From the NCBI GenBank assembly GCA_002633005.1, contig NMRA01000028.1, forward strand, positions 870,764 to 926,228: a DNA stretch of 55,465 bases. Reading direction: 5' to 3'. Each line of letters opens with the position of its first letter. Position 1 is the stretch's first letter. The DNA is from Phoronis australis. Its lineage: Eukaryota; Animalia; Phoronida. The translations under genes were made by a program, and so were the position numbers. The notes below the pieces were generated by a model that did not search any database, had not been told where the DNA came from, and was given only the letters and a program-made list of their open reading frames with translations. This document shows, piece by piece, positions 13,406 through 26,700 of the stretch.

Positions 13406-14740
13406 ATGAGTGCAAACAAGAAGATTGATCTGAACCAGGCCAATGTAGACCAACTGGAGTCGCTGAGGGGCATCGGACGGGCCAAGGCTGAGGCTATAGT
13501 GGAGACTAGGAAGGTAAGTGGCCAAGGCTGAGGTTGTAGTGGAGACTAGCAAGGTAAGGGGCCAAGGCTGAAGCTGTAATGGAGACTAAGAAGGTAAGGG
13601 ACCAAGGCTGAGGTTGTAGTGGAGACTAGGAAGGTAAGGGGCCCATGCTGAGATTGTGTTGACTAGGAAGGTAAGGAGCCAAGGCTGAGATAGTGTAGAC
13701 TAGGAAGGTAAGGGGCCAAGGCTGAGGTTGTAGTGGAGACTAGGATGGTAAGGGACCAAGGTTGAGGCTGTAGTGGGTACTAGTAGGGTAAGGGGCCAAG
13801 GCTGAGGTTGGAGTGGAGACTAGGAAGGTAAGGGGCCAAGGCTGAGATTGTGTAGACTAGGAAGGTAAGGAGACAAGGCTGAGGTTGTAGTGGAGACTAG
13901 GATGCTAAGGGACCAAGGCTGAGGCTGTTGTGGCTACTAGGAGGCTAAGGGGCCAAGGCAGAGGTTGTGGAAACTAGGAAGGTAAGGGGCCATGGCTGAG
14001 GTTGTAGTGAAGACGAGGAAGGTAAGGGGCCAAGGCTGAGGTTGTAGTGGAGACTAGGAAGGCCCCATCACTGTTCTCTATTGCTCTATATCACTATTCT
14101 ACTTGTGACTCTTAGTGCAACATCCTTGTGTTGTCAGTTACAATACTGACACAGACAATTAACTGGTGAATGATTCTTTTCTTGTTTGAACAGCCTTTTC
14201 AAAAACTTGGCCAGTCAAATGCATTGTTCTACCTCTGCAATAAGAGAGAGCTGAACTCAGTACTTGTCTGTTCCATTGTCTGTTAGTCGACTATTTTGTA
14301 AATGGCCTCTGCGGTTATCCTTCTGTATTCAAATATACCATCATCCATGTTCCCTACTTTGAAAGTGAGCCAAGTACAGTGTTTTTGCTGTAAATTTTAT
14401 GTCATTAATTTCACATGACCTTCTTGTCTATGTGTGTATTCAGTACTGATCAGTGAGCATCCGCATTATACAGTAAACTTGCCAATTTTCAGTTTAAGTA
14501 CCCGCTGCTTGGGTAATTGCGTCCTCCCCCCCCCCCGTCTCAGGGTTTCCCAATTTAACCTCCCATGGCATTAACCTGCGGGTTTATGGGGGGTGTTTAG
14601 AAAGCTTTATCTTTTGAGTTGAATTATAAATGTGGTCATCAAGTCTTCATGCGGAACACATTCTGATCTCAGTAGCATTGATTTGGCTCACCAATGCAAT
14701 AGTAATGGAAGAGTTTCTTGCTTTAGCAGTCACAATGGGT

Positions 14741-14771
<31 letters not shown>

Positions 14772-17700
14772 CAACTACGATATGATGATGATAATGACTG
14801 AGTGACTATGTGAGTGGTGATGAGGTCATGATGCTGGCATTGTGTGGTTAGTCAGACTGGGTTGAAATTATGGATGAAGCTGGCCAATTCCGTAAACTCG
14901 CGGGTCAACGCCCATGCAATTGCCCATCCCCGACTTTTGGTCAATTTTCGGTTTAAAGCACCCACTGCTTAGGTAATCGCCCACCCCCCTGCCAAAGGTT
15001 TTCCCAATTTAAGCACCCATGGCTTTAACCCGCGAGTTTACGGTATATAGTGACTATCTCTGCCTGTTGTGGGCTGCTGGGAATGTCTGCATTCTTGCCT
15101 TGTGTAAATACAACAGGACCACCAAGCACACTCCTAATGTAAGCATGGAAATAGGTGTCATGCACTTTATTGTTCCACAGAGGCCTTTGTTCAAATTAAA
15201 ATTCCAAAGGTCCCAAACCACTGAGGTCACAAGTCAACAAAAGACCAAAGCTGTGAGTGGACCATTATGGTGTACATTGGAGGAGTTTTATCTTCGATCC
15301 CCTGACCTAAACGCTTTTGTATGACTTGACTGTCAGAAAGTCAGGAATTCTTAGCTGGGGGCACTGCAGACTTCACTGAGGTTAGTGACTTTCTGGGTAA
15401 TATAGTTTTGGGTAGTTTTATCATAGGAAGTACGCTGTTGCTGGATGGGTCAGAACAGTGTGGCTTGGGTACTCCACAGACAATCCTATTTGTTAGATAA
15501 TGACAATGAGTTAGATAGGAGAGTGGGCTATACTGTGCTTGGTTGATAACATGTCAATTGTGTTATTGTGTGTATGGCTATTTGAATTAGGCCTTCTAAG
15601 AAGTTTGAAATCTCTGTAGGTCAGACCTCAATTGTTTTTTTATCTTACTAATGCTTGTCTGATAAGTAAGTTGAACATTGTTTCATTCATTGTAATGTGT
15701 GTATATGGCTTTGCTTACCAGAATTGACGCCTCATTGTTTTGGGGAGTGTCAGCCAGTAGGAACTGTTAACTTTGGTCTTGCTAAGTTAACATGGCAATA
15801 AATAGGTTGATGTAACAGCAGAGTGTAGTGACAATGGTTGTTTGAAGTCTCTTAGGAGTTGTCTCCATGTGTCACTGTCAAACCATATATGTTGTATTTT
15901 TATGTTTTGTTCAAATACTCATCATTCTACCTCTATGCTAAGTAAGTGCTTCATTTTATTTATTGTGCTATGCGAACATATTTGCAATTTATTTAAAAAC
16001 TTAAAATTCTGTGTGTATCAAGTCTTTGCAGCGCCACCTTGCGATAATTTCAATGGCTGAGTATCAACTAGGGATATTTTTGGTTTAATTAATTATTGAA
16101 CTGAATCGGGTTTGAAAGGTGCGACCTTCTCATATTGGAGTTAAGTTGGCATTAGAAAGATTTATTGACTCATGCTAACTATTGTGAGTCTCAGGAGCTG
16201 TATTTTGTCTTAGATCACTGCAGACATCGTCAGGGTATAAGAATGCAGTTATTAAGACCGCGTTAGTTGAAGGCATTTTCATATTGATAACTGTTAAAAT
16301 AAGGTTTAAGTGCATCAACAATGTCTTCAGGAATTAGTGATTATGGAGGAGGGTGGTTATGAAGAGGGGGGGGGACTGAAGATCATCAAAATCACTAGTC
16401 AGCCACTGTTGTACAGTAACTTTAATGTAAGACGTTTACTAATTTCTTAAAATGTGCCGGGGGTTAAAGTTTGATAACCCATACCAGTCCAAAGTGCTTA
16501 ATGTGGTGAGACTGTTTGCATTAATTACAACAACCCAGATGTCAACAACATCCTGTCAATTCTTTTTGGGAAAATTAACCTCAGAGCTCACCCACTGTCA
16601 AGGAAGAGAACCAGTAATAGTGATTCAGATTGACCAGTTCTCACTATCAATGGGCAAGGCTGTCAGTCTTTCTTTGGCTTAATTCACACAAGGACTTTAA
16701 CTTATGTAGGATGGTAGCACCCTAGAACAATGTCCAAATTTAGCTAACTGGAGTACATCATATCTCAGGAATGTTCATATGAAAGTTTCACATCGCAGCC
16801 CTCGTTCATCCGAGGGGAACAGTGTCTGTGCCTTTTGAGAGGGAAATTTGCGGTTAGGGGCAAATTCTACCTCCCGATCACCATCAATAGCACCCCACCC
16901 CTGTTGCAAGTCCTCATAGGCTCTGCCTCGAGTAGCCAAAACTAACATTTTGCGCCATTTCAAATTGTCACCTGTGTGAGTTATAAGTCATTTGAACCTC
17001 AAGGGGAATTTATCAATCGCTTGAGGGGAATTACCGGGCCTCATGAGGGGAATTTTGTGTGATTTTTCAGTGTTTTTCAGTGGGAAATGGGGCCACTATT
17101 TGGCCCCAAAATTGAGAAACTAAAGGCCCTGTACTTAGTGTGTGTTATGCACTGTTTTCTTAAAGTTAAAATCTTCCTGTTTTGCACCATGGGCTGTAAA
17201 AATTGAAGTTTGATGATTTTATGAACAGTCTCAAAAGTTGCACAAAATCAAATCATATGATAATTTCAGCATTTCTGAGATTTCATCATGAATAATTGTA
17301 TCAAATGAAATTTAGTTATGTTATTGATAAAGTTATTTTGCCAAGATCATATAATCGTACCATTTAAGGAAATTTTTGCTGTAAAAAACATGGTCACATG
17401 ATCCAATTACTGGTTGATTGATCAAATTCAAAATTAAAAATCTACAGGCTTTGTAGTTTCAGAAAATATATTATTTGATTTTCACTGATTGCTTTAGTCT
17501 TACAGATAGTTGATTATATGCATACATAGATCCTGCATAATCATAGTGTCATGTATAGCTCCATTGACTCCTTTCAGCAAAGCATTTATGCAGTTCTGTT
17601 TTAGCGAAATGCATATATTAAGCTTTTGTACTAAAAGGCTCATGGTTTTTAAACATGACTCAAAAAAGATGTTTGACATGTCTGTCAGGATGTTTGAAGC

Positions 17701-20700
17701 ATGGTCAAAACAGGAGTGTTCACCTACTGACAGAATGAGTTCTCTCAACAATCCTGGAATATTTAGTAAAATATTGACTTGCTATGAATAGTACTTTCAC
17801 CAATCTGGTAGGGTGCTAATATTTTCATCTACTATAATGAGGGTCACTAAGTGCAACTCGTTCAGCCATGCCCTTATATGCCTTACATGTGGTTATTTGG
17901 AGTTGACCAGATGTTCTGCATTTGATGCTGACGAGGTCAGATAGTTGAGGTTGCCTGCCCACAGTGGAGGATGGCCCGTGTTGACTGCTGTTGATATGAG
18001 ACTTGGCTGTGGTGTTAGGTGTGTAACCTTGGCATGAAGGTCAAGGACACGCCCCCTGTGAAGCACCTAGGAGGTCACTACTACCAAGAAATATGTTGTT
18101 GGTTATTTTACACAATATGATTCCCCAAATCATCTCTTCACTTTGTCACAGATTAACTATGCTGCCAACTATAAACAAGCCACCCTGCTAGATGTTTTCT
18201 AACCAGTCACCTAGCTGTGTATTAGCCAGCTTGCTGTATACTAGATAACCACAGTGTTCTCCACTACCTATTTTGACTCATCACTGCATAGAGTTTGAAT
18301 TTTGCTGTGACGAGTTTGGCTCACTTTTGTCGAGTTAAAAAAACCTGTACAACGAGTTTGAAATATAAGGAGTTTAGGCGTTGCCTAAGAAAATTAGGAC
18401 ATTTGGGCGTTTGGTACCACTTCAGTGCATTTATTTCAAATACCCGATAGTATAGACATTGATATGGAATACATGTACATGAATTTTGACATTTTGGTAG
18501 AGTTTGAATTTTCTGTTGTGGAGAACACTGAACCAGCCAGCTGTATACCAGCCAGCCAGCTAACTGAACAATAAATAGCCAGCCAGCTTTGTGGCAAATG
18601 TAATTTTTATGCGCCCACATATTTATATGTGGACGCATTTTGCCGTCATCTCCATCCGTCCGTCCGTCCATCCGTCTGTCCGTCCGGGTGGCGTCCGTCT
18701 GGTGTCCGCTGCTTTATCTCTAAAACCCTTTGACATACGTTCATGAAATTTGGCACATATGTTCCATTCATGAATGGGACGGCATGTGCGAACTTTCGGA
18801 CGGATCCGATTACCGGTGTGCCCCCTAGTGGCAATTTTAGTTTTTTACGCTTAACTTTGTATCTTCAAAAGTCCTGAACGGATTTTCATGAAATTTGGTA
18901 TGTAGGCGCCTATTAGTGAGATGACGCTATGCTCCCGTTTTCAGATGGATTCGACATAGTTTGCGCCACCTAGTGGCCATTTTTAGTGTTTTCGAGTCTG
19001 TTTTTGTGCATTCACCTCTCTATCAACCAAACCGCTCTAAGGATGATTGTGAAAATTGGCATGTATATGCTTACTATGGAGAGGACGGTTGACGATGATT
19101 TTCCGACGATTTCGACTACTGTGGCACCTCCTAGTGGCAGTTTTTTTTTTTGCGCCTATGGCTGTATCTCCTAAACCTTTCGCAGGATCTTTAAGAAATT
19201 ATGTAAGTATATTTATGTGATGTTAACAACGGAAGATGACGACTTTTGGACGGATCCGCCTACCAGTGTGCCCCCTAGTGGCAATTTTATTTTTTTACAT
19301 TTACCTCTGTATCTTCACAAGTCCTTAACGGATTTTCATGAAATTTGGTTTGTAGGCACCTATTAGTGCGATGACGCTATCCTCCCATTTCGGATGGATT
19401 CGACCTAGTTTGCGACACCCTGTGGCCATTTATACTGTTTTTGAGTCTGTTTTTTGGCGTCCACCCCTCTATCAACCAAACCGCTCTAAGTATGATTGTG
19501 AAAATTGGCATGTATGTTCTTACTATGAAGAGGACGGTTGACGCTGAATTTCCCATGACTTTGATTACTGTGGCGCCTCCTAGTGGCAGTTTTTTTTTGC
19601 ACCCATGGCTGTATCTCCCAAACCTTTTGCAGGATCTTTACTAAATTTAGCAAGTGTATTTATGTGATGTTGACAACGGACGATGACGACTTTAGGATGA
19701 TTCTGACTACCGGTATGCCTCTAGTGGCAATTAAGTATTTTACATTGACCTCTGTATTTTCATAGGTCTTCAGGTGTATACCTTGTGTTACTTAGTGACT
19801 ATGAAGGAAAAGTTCCAAGTAGAAATTTGTTTCTGGCATTCTAATGCTGTGCTAATCTCGTATGTTGGTAAATTGTTTTTTAATTCTATGTTTCTGTGGT
19901 GCTTTAAGCAACTGATGTATAGGATGTGCTTGTATTATGAAGATCACTCACATTTTGCCCCTGGCCTATTGAGGAGACAATGACCATGCCTTTCCATTTT
20001 GCAAAGTACAACATACTACATATATGCCCTCTACTGGCCACTTTATGGTACCAATAAAGAAGGATACCGTATACGGTGCAATTGTGGGCGCATTTCAACG
20101 CTCTGCGTTGCTCTTGTTATGTTTGCCTCCGTTCCGTTATGTTGGCAGACAACTATCTGTTATGAAGGCGACAGTACATTTCTGTTTTGGAATGTATTTG
20201 TCAGATTTTACGCCACCTAATGGCCATTTTAATTATGTATACGTCAAACCCCTCAGAGTATCATTAATGGAAATTGGCAGATGTGTTCCTACTAACAAAG
20301 AGCCCAACTGACATGGATTTTCAGATGGATCCAACTACTACGGTGCCCCCTAGTGACATTTTTGCATCTGTGGCTGTATCTTCTTAACCCCTTTGCAAGA
20401 CCACAATTTGGCGTATTCCTTTTAACTTGTCAACAGATGGACGGATTCGATTACTGCTGTGCCTCTTAATGACAATTTGTTTTTTACGTTTTACTCGGTA
20501 TCTTTGGAGTTCCTTGATGGATTGTCATTAAATTTTGTTAATAATTTTGTATTAGAAAAACAACGATGCCCTCTCAACCCCAGAGGCAGTTGACGTATTC
20601 TGTGCCACCTATTGGCCATTTTACTGATAAAGCTACTGTAGAAACACACACTTTGCGATACAGTCGTGGGTGCATTTCAACGCTCCCTGTTGCTCTTGTT

Positions 20701-23700
20701 CAACTTTGCCCCATAGTTTATATACTGGCACGTTAAGCTTAATGTTTCTTGAATCTTGAATATAAATGAATGCTGAAATTACCATTCTTCTCATTTTTGA
20801 TTAACTGATTTTGGTAGTTTGATGAAAAAATGGAAAAACTGTATTCAAAGCTAGTTTTCTTTTTGTTGAGAAAATTGGTGTAAGTGTATTTTTCTGTCCG
20901 TTTAGAATTTGAAGAAGTTTTATTGTACTATTATATCTGTGTCTGTGGCATGCAGGAAGATTGTCATGAGGAAACAATATTGTCTGTGTGAGCCATGCTT
21001 GTTGGAATTAGGCCCTGGATAAACCCTGATTATGTCACAGCACAACGACTACTTTAGTATGTAGGCCATGTATTTGGGTGCATGAGATAGAAGTGTTTTG
21101 TGTGACACCTTGAAAGGCGATGGCTTTCATGGGAAACTGAAACTAAACAGTCTTTTGTCTTGCTAATTAGTTTCATATTGATTGAGGTTTCCCCAACTTC
21201 ATTTTTTTCCGTATTTCTCTCTTTTCTGAGATGCATTATGAAGTGTAGGAGTATTTTTCCTTTCTTTTTAAACTGTTTACTTCATTGCACAGACAGTACA
21301 GAAAATAATACACTTCCCCACGCAAGGAAGGTGTGTTAACACACTACTGTGCTTTGTTGGTATTTGTCATCATGACAGGTATTCCAGTCTATTTACAGTC
21401 ATTTTTTTCAATAGTTTACCTGGGCTCTTTTGTTGGTGCATTACAGAAACTGGGTGGGTTCAGTTGCCTGAGTGACCTCATGAAAGTGCCTGGCATTGGC
21501 CCTGGAGTTCTAGACCAGAATAGGACCTGTTTCAACTGTTTACCTGTACAGAGTAGAAAGTCACCACGGAAATGTGAAAGGTTTGTGAGTTCAACTTTCC
21601 TGTTCTATAACACGCCCGCGTTAACAAAGTCTTGATGAGGCATGTGGCTGTCGTGATGTTCACTTCCTGTTAATTAGATAGTTCATGCTTCTAGTGAACG
21701 TCGTGTTTCCTTGGCATAATAATCCAAAAAAAGATCATCATGATTCACATCATGTCTCAACTGATTCGTTTGAAAGCCAAGTGCTTGGTTAGTCGTCTCT
21801 GTATATTGTTGCTTTATTTCTTCATGCAGTAATTAATGTTCAACGCTCTCTACTGGGATTAGATGTATGTACAAGGGCTTGACTGTGTTTGTAGAGAAAC
21901 CAGGAGTAGTATTGGCTCTACATCACGTCATGATGGCTCACCTGACATCGTCGAGTGTTCCCCGATAAAACGTAGTCTGAGGGGACAAGCTGAGGGGCCC
22001 ACCTGCTCGTCAAGTAGTGCAGAGGACACTGTAAACCCAGGTCCAGTCCTGGATGGTGGTGTTGCCATGGAAACTAGCCACCCCATGGATGCGGGTGTCA
22101 GTATTGATAGTGGGGGTCAGAATGAAGAGTCGGGTGCTAGCACTGGTCAAGACAGTGACAGTGACGATAGCTCGGAAGAGAGGAGCCACTCCCCGTTTAC
22201 AATACGCTCGCGAATCCCAGTTAGGGATGAGCCACCTCTGTGGATGCAGGTTTGTGCTGCTCTTTCTGTATTCTTGTTCTCATCATATTAACATAGTCTT
22301 TTTAGTTGCCTGTTGTCTTTTTTATTTCAAGAAATTGAAATTTCTGCCTGATAATTCTGGCAATTTTTATTTGTAATGTGCGAGTCATTAGATCAAGTCT
22401 ATGCTTCACCATGATAACTGTTGGTCTGAGTAAATGAGTTGCACTGGGACGATGATCTTATTTGTCGGTAACCCTTTCGCTAGCAGCACAAACACCAGTG
22501 CATTAAGATATCACCAAGTTTGGACAAAAATAATTAACAAAATTACATTTTTTTTCATTTTTCAATGGATTCTAACATTGTTGTGAATGTCTACAGTTTT
22601 TCAATATATTGTCTGTTGGTAGCTGTGATATATAGAACTTAGATGTGCCACAGTATTACATATCATGTGTGAAAAAATAATATAAATTTCACCTTTCCAC
22701 CATATTGTGTCCTAAATTCGTGAGATTTTTACCGTAATTTGTATGTGATTAGACTCACTGGGTCATTGTCACTGGCTACTGCTTGCATTTGTATGTGAGT
22801 AGACTCACTGGGTCATTGTCACTGGCTACTGCTTGTATTTGTATGTGAGTAGACTCACTGGGTCATTGTCACTGGCTACTGCTTGCATTTGTATGTGAGT
22901 AGACTCATTAGGTCATTGTCACTGGCTACTGCTTGCATTTGTATGTGAGTAGACTCACTGGGTCATTGTCACTGGCTACTACTTGCATTTGTATGTGAGT
23001 TGACTCATTAGGTCATTGTCACTGGCTACTGCTTGCATTTGTATGTGAGTAGACTCATTAGATCATTGTCACTGACTACTGCTTGCATTTTCTCCTTTTC
23101 TCTAGCCTAGCTCTGTTACAGCCTGACAGCATACTTCAAAAGCACTCATGACTAGTTACTTGTAAAGTGTACCATTGTTTACCATTGCGGTAACAATGTT
23201 ATTGCAGACTGAATCTGATTTCATTCTAATTTCCACTTTGAAACAATATGGGTATGTTAAAATCTCCCCAATTTAAGACCCATGTATGGCTGACAAGCGA
23301 AATCTTTATTATCTCATTTTTTTCCATGAAAGATATAAAGCACCATATTAGTGCTTTCAAGGTCAAGTTGCATACCAGAGCTACCGTCAAACATCGTCTT
23401 GAAATATTTTCGGCATTCAAAACAATTTAAGAAGCCCTTGAAAAATGAGAAAAGGACAATTTTATTAATTATTTTGTCCAAAATAGGTGATATTTTGCCA
23501 TAGTGGGAAAACACATGTGTCTGGGTAAAGTGCTTGTGTCTTTACCACTCATGCCAGTTGTAGGCAGTAATAATGAACTTGTTTACAGCTTGTGTCTTTA
23601 CCACTCATGCCAGTTGTAGGCAGTAATAATGAACTTGTTTACAGCTTGTGTCTTTACCACTCATGCCAGTTGTAGGCAGTAATAATGAACTTGTTTACAG

Positions 23701-26700
23701 CTTGTGTCTTTTCTGTGGCTGTTCTCCAGACTAAAAGGGTGTGGTGAATTAATGATGTAGGCGTTGTTTGTAATGTGCATTAGTCGTTGAGCCATGGCAA
23801 AATACAAAAGTTTTTAACAGGTTAAAAGTAAATTATTATTTACATATAATTTAGTTGTGGCATGGTGTCGGTCTTCTTTTGTTAAAACAAAACTGATGAT
23901 TGAACTTAGCAGACTTCCATTTCTAATGACTTGGGCTCTCGAATGAAGTGTGGTGAGCATTTTTCAGCCAAAACTGAATTTTCTTCATTCTGAAGATTTG
24001 GACATGGATGATTTTGTCAGTAATCATGTTTCTCAAATATTCAACACTATGTTTTGTGAAGTCTTGAATACAGACTTAACAGGTCTTCAAATTATTGAAA
24101 ATAGCTGCCAGTGCTACATTTTCATGTTTGCGTAACAGGCATTTATGATAATTTCTGTTGATCGTAATTCTTGAATTTGTTCCTAAAATTAGATGCAAGC
24201 TATGATCTGGTGCAAAACAATTAATTTTTCTCTGTCCCAAACTGTAGAATTTTTAACGTAGCCTTTGTTATGGATACAGAACTTGCAATTTACATCAGCA
24301 CGGCAGCTTGGGCATGCTGGCAAGTATTTGGTGAACATTCTCTTCAGAAAACTCACTGTGTGAAGGTCGAAATGAATTTTGTTGACACGGCGTAGGGCAA
24401 TGATTTAATACTACTGTACTTTTGACTGTGTTTGTCATCAAAATACTGTGGTTCAGTTGAACAACATGCATTACTTTAATGCTGTGTTGAACTCGTGTCA
24501 TGTTTGGGTACAATGAGCTGTGTTGAATTCGTGTCATGTTTGGGTACAATGAGCTGTGTTGCTGTTTCAGATGAATCTTATGAAGCGTAAGTCGGAGAGT
24601 GGCTTTGAGTCGAGAGATATTCCTGGCAAGAGGCTCTGTCGCTGCTCAGCCTCTGATCTCGCTCACTGGTAACTACATGTTTATTGTATCAGTAGATAAG
24701 TATTTAAATAAAGAGAAACATGTCTTGATATGAGTGTTATTAAATGCTAATGCATGAGATTACCATTTTGATGCTAATTCTTGTTGGCTACCGCTTGAGG
24801 TAGCAGTCATTTGTCTTGAGTGTACGCATCAGTTGCTATTGGAAGAGTCCCTGAGTATCACGTTTTGAGGTCACTTGCCACTTTATTTTTGAGAGGTGCG
24901 TGATGTTCTTATTGTTTTGTTTGTGTGCGTAATGATGATGACCCTGTGATAAAGTAATTATTTAGAGTAGACAATACATAAGTAACACATGAAAAACAAA
25001 CTAAAATAAAATATCTTGTATTTTATTTATTTCTTTGTAATATTTCGAAGACGTGTTGTTATCATCTGACTTGATATTTTAGCTGTTTTGTCAAGCCAAC
25101 CTTGTCTGACCGAGGCCTCTTGCTGGCTTAGGCATTATGGTTAATTGACTAGTGACATAATTGTGACTAGTGTTATCCATGTTTGTGACTAGTGTTTTCC
25201 AAGTTTGTGAGTAGTGTTATCCACGATTGTGACTATTCATAGTGAGACGAACACAGGATGCATCAAGCTGACCCCCACCTGTATCAGGCGAAGGATACCA
25301 TCAAAAGATAACCCACCGCCCGGCCTGCACCAATGGCTGCAAACATTTCAGGTAATAGTCACACCACCTAGACATGATGTGAGGCAACAGCTTCTCATCT
25401 GAATTTCTGTGTGTTTTCAGAATTTGTTCCCTTGGTAGGCAATAGTCAGATGTAACATGCCCACATTTTGAGAACCAGTTTGATGCCTGTTATTCATTGG
25501 AGAATATTGATTCTCAATATGCAGGCATGTTATATCCGACTATTGTCCCTTTGTATCCGGTAACATGTTTTGATTTTGGTGGGGTTTGTTTTAAAATTTG
25601 CGTGGTTGGATTGTATGGAAAGACATTGTCTACTGTGTGAAAATAGTAGAATAACATTTTTCCTCCCTCACTTTTGCTAAGCACTTCTTAGTGGTGTTGA
25701 CTGGTTGGTTGAGTGACATCTATGTGTTGTAAGGCAATAAAAAATACTGCTGCCTCCATTAACCTTGTTCAAAAGTCTCCCAAACGTGAACTGCTGTGCA
25801 TCACACAGAAGTGGTGATATTTAACTACCACCTAGACAGACACATATAAGTGTCATCTAGGGCACTCAACAGAATTGAAGTTGTTACTATGTATTTATGT
25901 TTTGTCTTTTATTCTGCCAAGTCCTATTTGTCAGTTGAAGGTCACGTGACTTGTTCTATCTTCATTAGCCATTGGCTACACCTGTTGATAAAGGTGATGC
26001 ACTGTTCCTATGAATTGGTACATGAAAACTACTGTCAATTTTGGCAGGTGGCAAACTTCAATGTTCAGTCATACCATCATTGCATGTTCATCGTCTGATT
26101 TTCCCTAGTATTTAGTGAATAAAAATCTTAAAGACCACCTTGATCAGATTTTTTTTTATTTCAGATGTTTAGGCTACATAGATAGTCCCAGCAGTATTTC
26201 AACAACATTAAAAAACTTGATTTAATTAGCTTTCTGTGCCACATTGCATTACTGCGTTTGATTATTTATGGTTTTGGTGTGCTTAGAATGATGCTCAAGA
26301 CACATTGTAGCAAACAAATTGAAATGTGTTGTCGTTCAAAGTAGGCTTTAAACTTCATTATTTTACATTGTACTTTTGTAATAGACAGGTTGCAGCAGGT
26401 GTCATTTTGAACTCCATTTTGTGGAGAAATTGTGAACCAGTTGATGAAGCTTAATTTCATTAACAAACTTGTGTGGCTGTAATACATGTGAACAACCCGT
26501 ACAGTTCATGGGTTAGTTTTATCAAAGGTTGTATGCTGAGATGGTCTCGCATTTCATTAAGGTTGTTGATTGTGGAAATAAACTGAGTCGGAATCGGCAT
26601 TGCAAACTGCTAACGTTTCTGCAAAAACACAGCGTCGCGTTGTCCGTTTCGAGCTTACAATAGTCTTAGCTATGGCCTGTGTGATACCGCGACCTATTTC

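Larger units (their letters stand above)
13406..21580 (+). other. ComEA/HHH_3-like tandem helix-hairpin-helix domain encoded by two exons (13406-13513 and 21447-21580)
   Basis: Spliced translation [36 protein letters not shown]|[26 protein letters not shown]. It has the 'K-I-x-L-N-x-A' start, two GIG hairpins and the 'GGF...DL.KV' linker of ComEA-type (HhH)2. The phase-0 donor AAG/GTAAGT matches the phase-0 acceptor TTACAG/AAA. Confidence 0.85.

Noticed and set aside
13391-13408. Selenocysteine or readthrough at the in-frame TGA before the FBXW7 start
   Set aside because: It would add only five residues and I found no SECIS; a uORF is the simpler reading.
18321-20311. ORFs inside the HINE elements (also 29789-31941) as transposase
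   Set aside because: Short, with no Rep/helicase, DDE or RT motifs.
13406-21580. Bacterial comEA contamination or recent horizontal transfer
   Set aside because: The domain is split by a canonical 7.9-kb spliceosomal intron and is in phase with downstream FBXW7 exons. An ancient origin cannot be judged without a phylogeny.
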